Assembly (NCBI GenBank): GCA_039802265.1
Contig: JBDRWI010000029.1
Coordinates: 1 to 28,012, forward strand
DNA: 28,012 nucleotides
Origin: a candidate division WOR-3 bacterium
GTDB taxonomy: Bacteria > Hydrothermota > Tepidihabitantia > SM23-42 > JAOAFX01
Direction of reading: 5' to 3'
This document shows positions 24,130-28,012 of the stretch, piece by piece; position 1 is the first letter of the stretch, and each line of letters starts with the position of its first letter. The notes beneath the pieces are model-generated. The model was given only the letters and a program-made list of their open reading frames with translations, had not been told where the DNA came from and ran no database searches. The translations under genes were made by a program, and so were the position numbers.

Positions 24130-25476
24130 TTAAAATCGGTATTCAATAAGGTAGTTTCTAAAAGGAATATTGTTTTTGTAACATAATCCGGTACCTATTA
24201 TTGACTCGGGTTGGAAATGCAAACCTTTTTTGCCGTTTGATTTCTCAAATTTTATGAACGAGGCAGTGGCAAGCGCACCGACGATGTCTCCAATAATAGT
24301 CGCCGTCAAATAGACTCTTAATTCATTACTTCCGGTCAAAAACACCAATCCTGCACTGGTTAAGGCACCGGCGAGTCCGCCAAGGATGATAATATTGCCG
24401 GCTGATTCACTGAAATCCCTCTCCTTTGCAATTCGGTAGCCTAACATTGAACCAAATCCAAGTCCTGAAATTCCCGCCGCGATATACATCTTCTTTGGAA
24501 TTTTGTTATAATCATTCTCAAACCAGGATAGAAGAACTGGAAACAATATTCCACCAACAATTCCGCAGTTTCCAAAAATGAGCGGATCTCCATCCGATAA
24601 ATTTAGGTCTCTGGTTATATTGGACCCGAGATACAATCCAATACCCAGACCAATAATGGACAAAGTTAAATATTGTTTATGGGTAAATACCGGATTAGAC
24701 CAATTATCAAATAGACTGAGCAATCCTGTTGCGGTTATCCCGGTAAAATCTCCAATCAAGAATATCGTACTTCCCCTTCCTACGCTCAATTTAAATCTAT
24801 TAACCGATTGAAAGCCTATGTATTCACCAAGGGCACTGCAACTTGCTGTAAAAAATGCACCGGTTCCTTCAAAAATCTCCATATCGGCAATTGAACTCAA
24901 TGCACCAGCAGTATACAACCCATGTATTCCACCGGTAATATACATTCTCGCATGGGCTTTTGAAACATCGGTATTTCTGGTTAAAACCAGGGGGATAATA
25001 AAACCTGAGGCACTGGAGAGCAAGTAAATAGCCATGCCGGTTCGCATCTCGGGTGGTTCGAATGCCATCGTCATAAGGGGAGCCTGGACTGCATAGGCAA
25101 AAAAGAAAGAATTCGCGAGGAATTCTCTATACCCTGAACGGTCATAGATTGCTTTGGATATCTCTTTTGCCTTTAGTTCTGCCATATTTTGCTGGATTTT
25201 TGCGATTTCCTCCCGGTTGACCTCTCTTCTTTCTTTAATAATCGCCCTCTCCTTTTGGAAATATATCTCAATGATATACGAAGAGTCAGGTTGCAAAAAT
25301 AATAAAGCCCTTTGGAATGCAGGATAATTTTCGAAAAATTCAAGTCTCCGAGCAAATAAACTATCAATTTCATAGATCTTTCCTTCAGCATCAAAGGGAA
25401 TCTGGATTTCATAAGAAGTTGAATTTGAATCAATCTGTACCCAAAGCAATAAAATAATGAATTCCATAATCACCAA
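24130..25476 (-). CDS. Hypothetical Gly-rich multi-helix membrane protein with about 62-aa internal repeats
   Basis: 448 aa ORF with a short hydrophobic N-terminus, a soluble domain, then roughly ten GxxxG-rich hydrophobic segments. Start may be ATG 25467. Confidence 0.75.
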   Translation of the reverse strand: MVIMEFIILLLWVQIDSNSTSYEIQIPFDAEGKIYEIDSLFARRLEFFENYPAFQRALLFLQPDSSYIIEIYFQKERAIIKERREVNREEIAKIQQNMAELKAKEISKAIYDRSGYREFLANSFFFAYAVQAPLMTMAFEPPEMRTGMAIYLLSSASGFIIPLVLTRNTDVSKAHARMYITGGIHGLYTAGALSSIADMEIFEGTGAFFTASCSALGEYIGFQSVNRFKLSVGRGSTIFLIGDFTGITATGLLSLFDNWSNPVFTHKQYLTLSIIGLGIGLYLGSNITRDLNLSDGDPLIFGNCGIVGGILFPVLLSWFENDYNKIPKKMYIAAGISGLGFGSMLGYRIAKERDFSESAGNIIILGGLAGALTSAGLVFLTGSNELRVYLTATIIGDIVGALATASFIKFEKSNGKKGLHFQPESIIGTGLCYKNNIPFRNYLIEYRF

Positions 25477-25481
25477 ATTTT

Positions 25482-25509
25482 ATTTTAACCATAATTGTTT
25501 TAAAGTCAA
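25482..25509 (-). promoter_or_regulatory. sigma70-like promoter (TTGACT-16-TAAAAT)
   Basis: -35 at 25509-25504, -10 at 25487-25482. Confidence 0.7.
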
Positions 25510-25546
25510 GAAGTAAGAATTTTGGGCCCAGGAATTCAATCTCAAA

Positions 25547-27931
25547 CTAATTGAGCTCTAAACCCAATCCCAGTCTGACACGAAATGGATTGGTATAATG
25601 AAATGGATTTGAATAGTAATCCTTTATCGCCTTTAAGTATTCGTCGCGCATCTCCACGGGGGTGATAAGTCCATCGTGATTATAATCACCCTGTGGAGAA
25701 TAATAAAAACTCGTAAGTGAAAGCCAGCCAAATTGACTGATGGGAGGTTCAAAATCACCGTGCTCATCGGGTTTACCAGTCGTGGGATAAACACAGATAA
25801 TCTGTTTTGAATCAAACAGATTTTTTATTAATAATGTGAAAGAAAAATCGGCCGGGCCGATCTTAAATCTTTTTAGATATTTCAAATCTACATTATTGTG
25901 CGCGGGCATGCGCGCTGAGTTTATATTCCCAAGGTATTGCCCTTTTAAATTTTCCGGAGTATAAGGCAATCCGGAATAAAAAGAGAAGAAAAAAAGAAAA
26001 TGTGGAATTACGCAGCAGGGAAAAGAAATCCTGCGGAATATTCAAAATTAAAAAGCTCTTCAAACTATGTGGACAGTCGAAATCAAGGGGTGAATATTTT
26101 TTTTCATAATTGATTGGTTCGCCAGTTATTGGGTCATTTCCCTCATAATAAAAATTATAGCCGCAAACAAAAACCTGTTTTGTAAACTGAAGGTTATAAC
26201 TCAATCCACTGGAAATCCATTGACCGAATGATTTTTCAAGATTCATCTCTAAACCGTTGACCTCTGCCCTGTTGATAAGGTTATATGTATAGACGTACAA
26301 ATAATTCCAAGGAAAGTAGCCATCACTCCGAATCTTCTGGATAACCAAATCGTACATATATTTTTGATAGAAACTGCCGGTAATCAATCCGTATGCAGTA
26401 TTCAATCTGCATCCCATTTCAAAAATTCTTGTCTTCGCTGATTCACACCTTCCGATATATCCTGCTGGTTCATAACAGAATTCACCCCCATTAAAGAAGA
26501 TAACCAACTTGCTGGTTACCGGTAATATCAGGCCCATTCTGGGTGTGAAGTAGTTCTTTTTGAGCATAAAAACAGTATCATCACTGGATAGCGCAGGCAC
26601 TATCCGGGGCTGATATAGCCCATAATCAAAATTGCTGACTCTAACTCCGGCAAAAATGACTATATGTTCGCTCAGCCAGCGGTCTTCAAGATAGACCGAT
26701 ATTGTTTTCGGCGTGAGTTCATAATAATCCCATAGCGATTGAGCAAACCAGGGCAAAGGATTATGGTAATAATTAAATTCGCTCCAGGTAAAATCCATTC
26801 CCCATTTGATTTCATTTTGATTTGTCAAAGGATATTTCATTTTTAAAAATAATTGCTGCGCCGTTGAATTGTAATAACACCAGGCAGGATAGTCGCCAGC
26901 AGTATAAAAAATTCCCCCAACACCATAGGGGTTATACCTTAGCGATTTTTCACTGCGATTATCTACTTCCTTGTGATACCTTATTAAACTATCACGGATG
27001 ACATCAGATGGTGACAGTTTGTTATTGTTTAAATATTCTATGAGATGTTCTGCCTTTAGATGGTAATCATCAAACCATTGATGACCATTTTGCGCCTCCC
27101 ATTCATAATCCCGATTACCAAATACACTATCAACCATTGTCCGAAGATACCCTACCGATGTTTTTATTTTATTCCATAGTAAGAAATTGCTACTAAAAAT
27201 TATTGATTTTCCCTTTTTTCGGACCATTGGTTTTTGCCGAAAATATTTATAAGGGTTGCCACCAATAATATGCGGATGCCCCAAAATGTTCTGGTCACGA
27301 AATAAATTACCCCGCACTGTAATATAATTGTCGCCCTTCACAAAATAGGTCAAACCGACCAAACAATTATAATAGTTACCGGGTGAAAAAACCCGGTAGA
27401 GACCTGGTGATGATACATCAGTGTATAACGCATTTGTGGAAAAGAAGTAATTAAGGTTGGTATTTGTCCGACCATGACCATTTATACCGCACTGATTGAA
27501 TCCGTTATTAAGTCTTTCAGCCAGTAAAAAATCATCGGTTAGGTATGCAATCCGCAATGAGTTCTTATCTATTTTCTTTGTCGCGATATGAACCATCCCG
27601 CCAAATCTATTTCCATATTCCGCGGAGAATCCTGATTTCTGGATTGAGATTTTTTCTATTATGTTGAGATCTACCAGATAGGGATTCGTCACCGGGATAC
27701 CATCAAGATAATAGACAATTTCACTCTTTCCGATACTACCCCAGATATGAATTGTTGAGTAATCTTTGACGACTCCGGGAATGAGCATCAAAAGTTCATC
27801 AAGGTTAGTTATTGGCAGATTTTCAATTTCGGCAAAGTTGAATACATAAATATTGGTAAATGGGTGTTCATAACTGGGTGGCGATGCGGACAAAAAACTG
27901 GTGGTATAAAAAGCAGGCGGATGTATTTCAT
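25547..27931 (-). pseudogene. TonB-dependent receptor-like outer-membrane protein with two homopolymer frameshifts
   Basis: Plug motifs IENLP...IPGVV...YYLDGIPVTNP...SGFSAEYGN followed by barrel strands. ATG 27931 gives MKYIRLLFIPPVF, which joins the main ORF by adding one base at A6 (27892-27897). Removing one base at A7 (25989-25995) joins ...STFSFFFSFYSGLPYTPE to ORF 25547-25969. Confidence 0.85.
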
Positions 27932-27952
27932 CACAACCCCGCAAACAAGCTA

Positions 27953-27980
27953 ATTTTATACAAATTTCTATCAGTGTCAA
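27953..27980 (-). promoter_or_regulatory. Promoter of the receptor gene (TTGACA-16-TAAAAT); -35 lies in the IS terminus
   Basis: -35 at 27980-27975, -10 at 27958-27953, ATG at 27931. Confidence 0.7.
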
Positions 27981-28012
27981 GTCAAAATCGATATTGACAG
28001 ATTAAATAATCT
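27975..28012 (+). mobile_element. Left terminal inverted repeat of the same IS type, truncated by the window end
   Basis: TGTCAAGTCAAAATCGATATTGACAGATTAAATAAT is an imperfect inverted counterpart of 183-218. It includes an inward-facing TTGACA at 27994-27999. Confidence 0.7.

Noticed and set aside
23887..27974. Genomic island integrated at tRNA-Cys
   Set aside because: No integrase and no duplicated tRNA 3' end; the accessory genes lie on the 5' side of the tRNA.
27932..27980. IS truncation of the receptor's coding N-terminus
   Set aside because: A proper ATG, signal peptide and -10 box exist downstream of the IS end, so the IS sits in the promoter rather than the CDS.
1..28012. CRISPR array, rRNA, prophage, or a cargo-carrying composite transposon
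   Set aside because: No regularly spaced direct repeats, rRNA or phage genes were seen. The enclosed genes are core housekeeping genes and the outer IS flanks are not visible.

Overview
A 28 kb, AT-rich bacterial chromosomal segment. The gene set (SprA, a CTD-bearing cargo protein, very short signal peptides, HdrABC) suggests an anaerobe of a candidate lineage near the FCB group, such as WOR-3; this is inference only. The window is bounded by two ends of what appears to be one IS type: a transposase C-terminus plus right end at 1-218, and a left end from 27975. Both margins carry secreted or outer-membrane genes broken by homopolymer frameshifts (a possible S8-like protein, a PD40/TolB-like remnant, a TonB-dependent receptor). 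The intact core holds truB, a T9SS-CTD protein, a DUF4424-like gene, hdrC-hdrB-hdrA(mvhD fusion), a stand-alone trpB2 and an Lhr-like helicase. It also holds a long operon ispA-dxs-sprA-M28/glutaminyl-cyclase-like-comEA-nnr-beta-propeller-tatC, an antisense-overlapping tRNA-Cys with non-canonical D/T loops, and a Gly-rich repeat membrane protein. Most notable: (i) all nine sigma70-like promoters I found have a 16-bp spacer; (ii) a compact SprA sits next to a QC-like enzyme, and several secreted proteins have ultra-short signal peptides followed by Gln; (iii) the IS left end supplies a perfect -35 at exactly that spacing; (iv) the HdrA-MvhD fusion has a degenerate N-terminal cluster site and no electron-input partner in the window.
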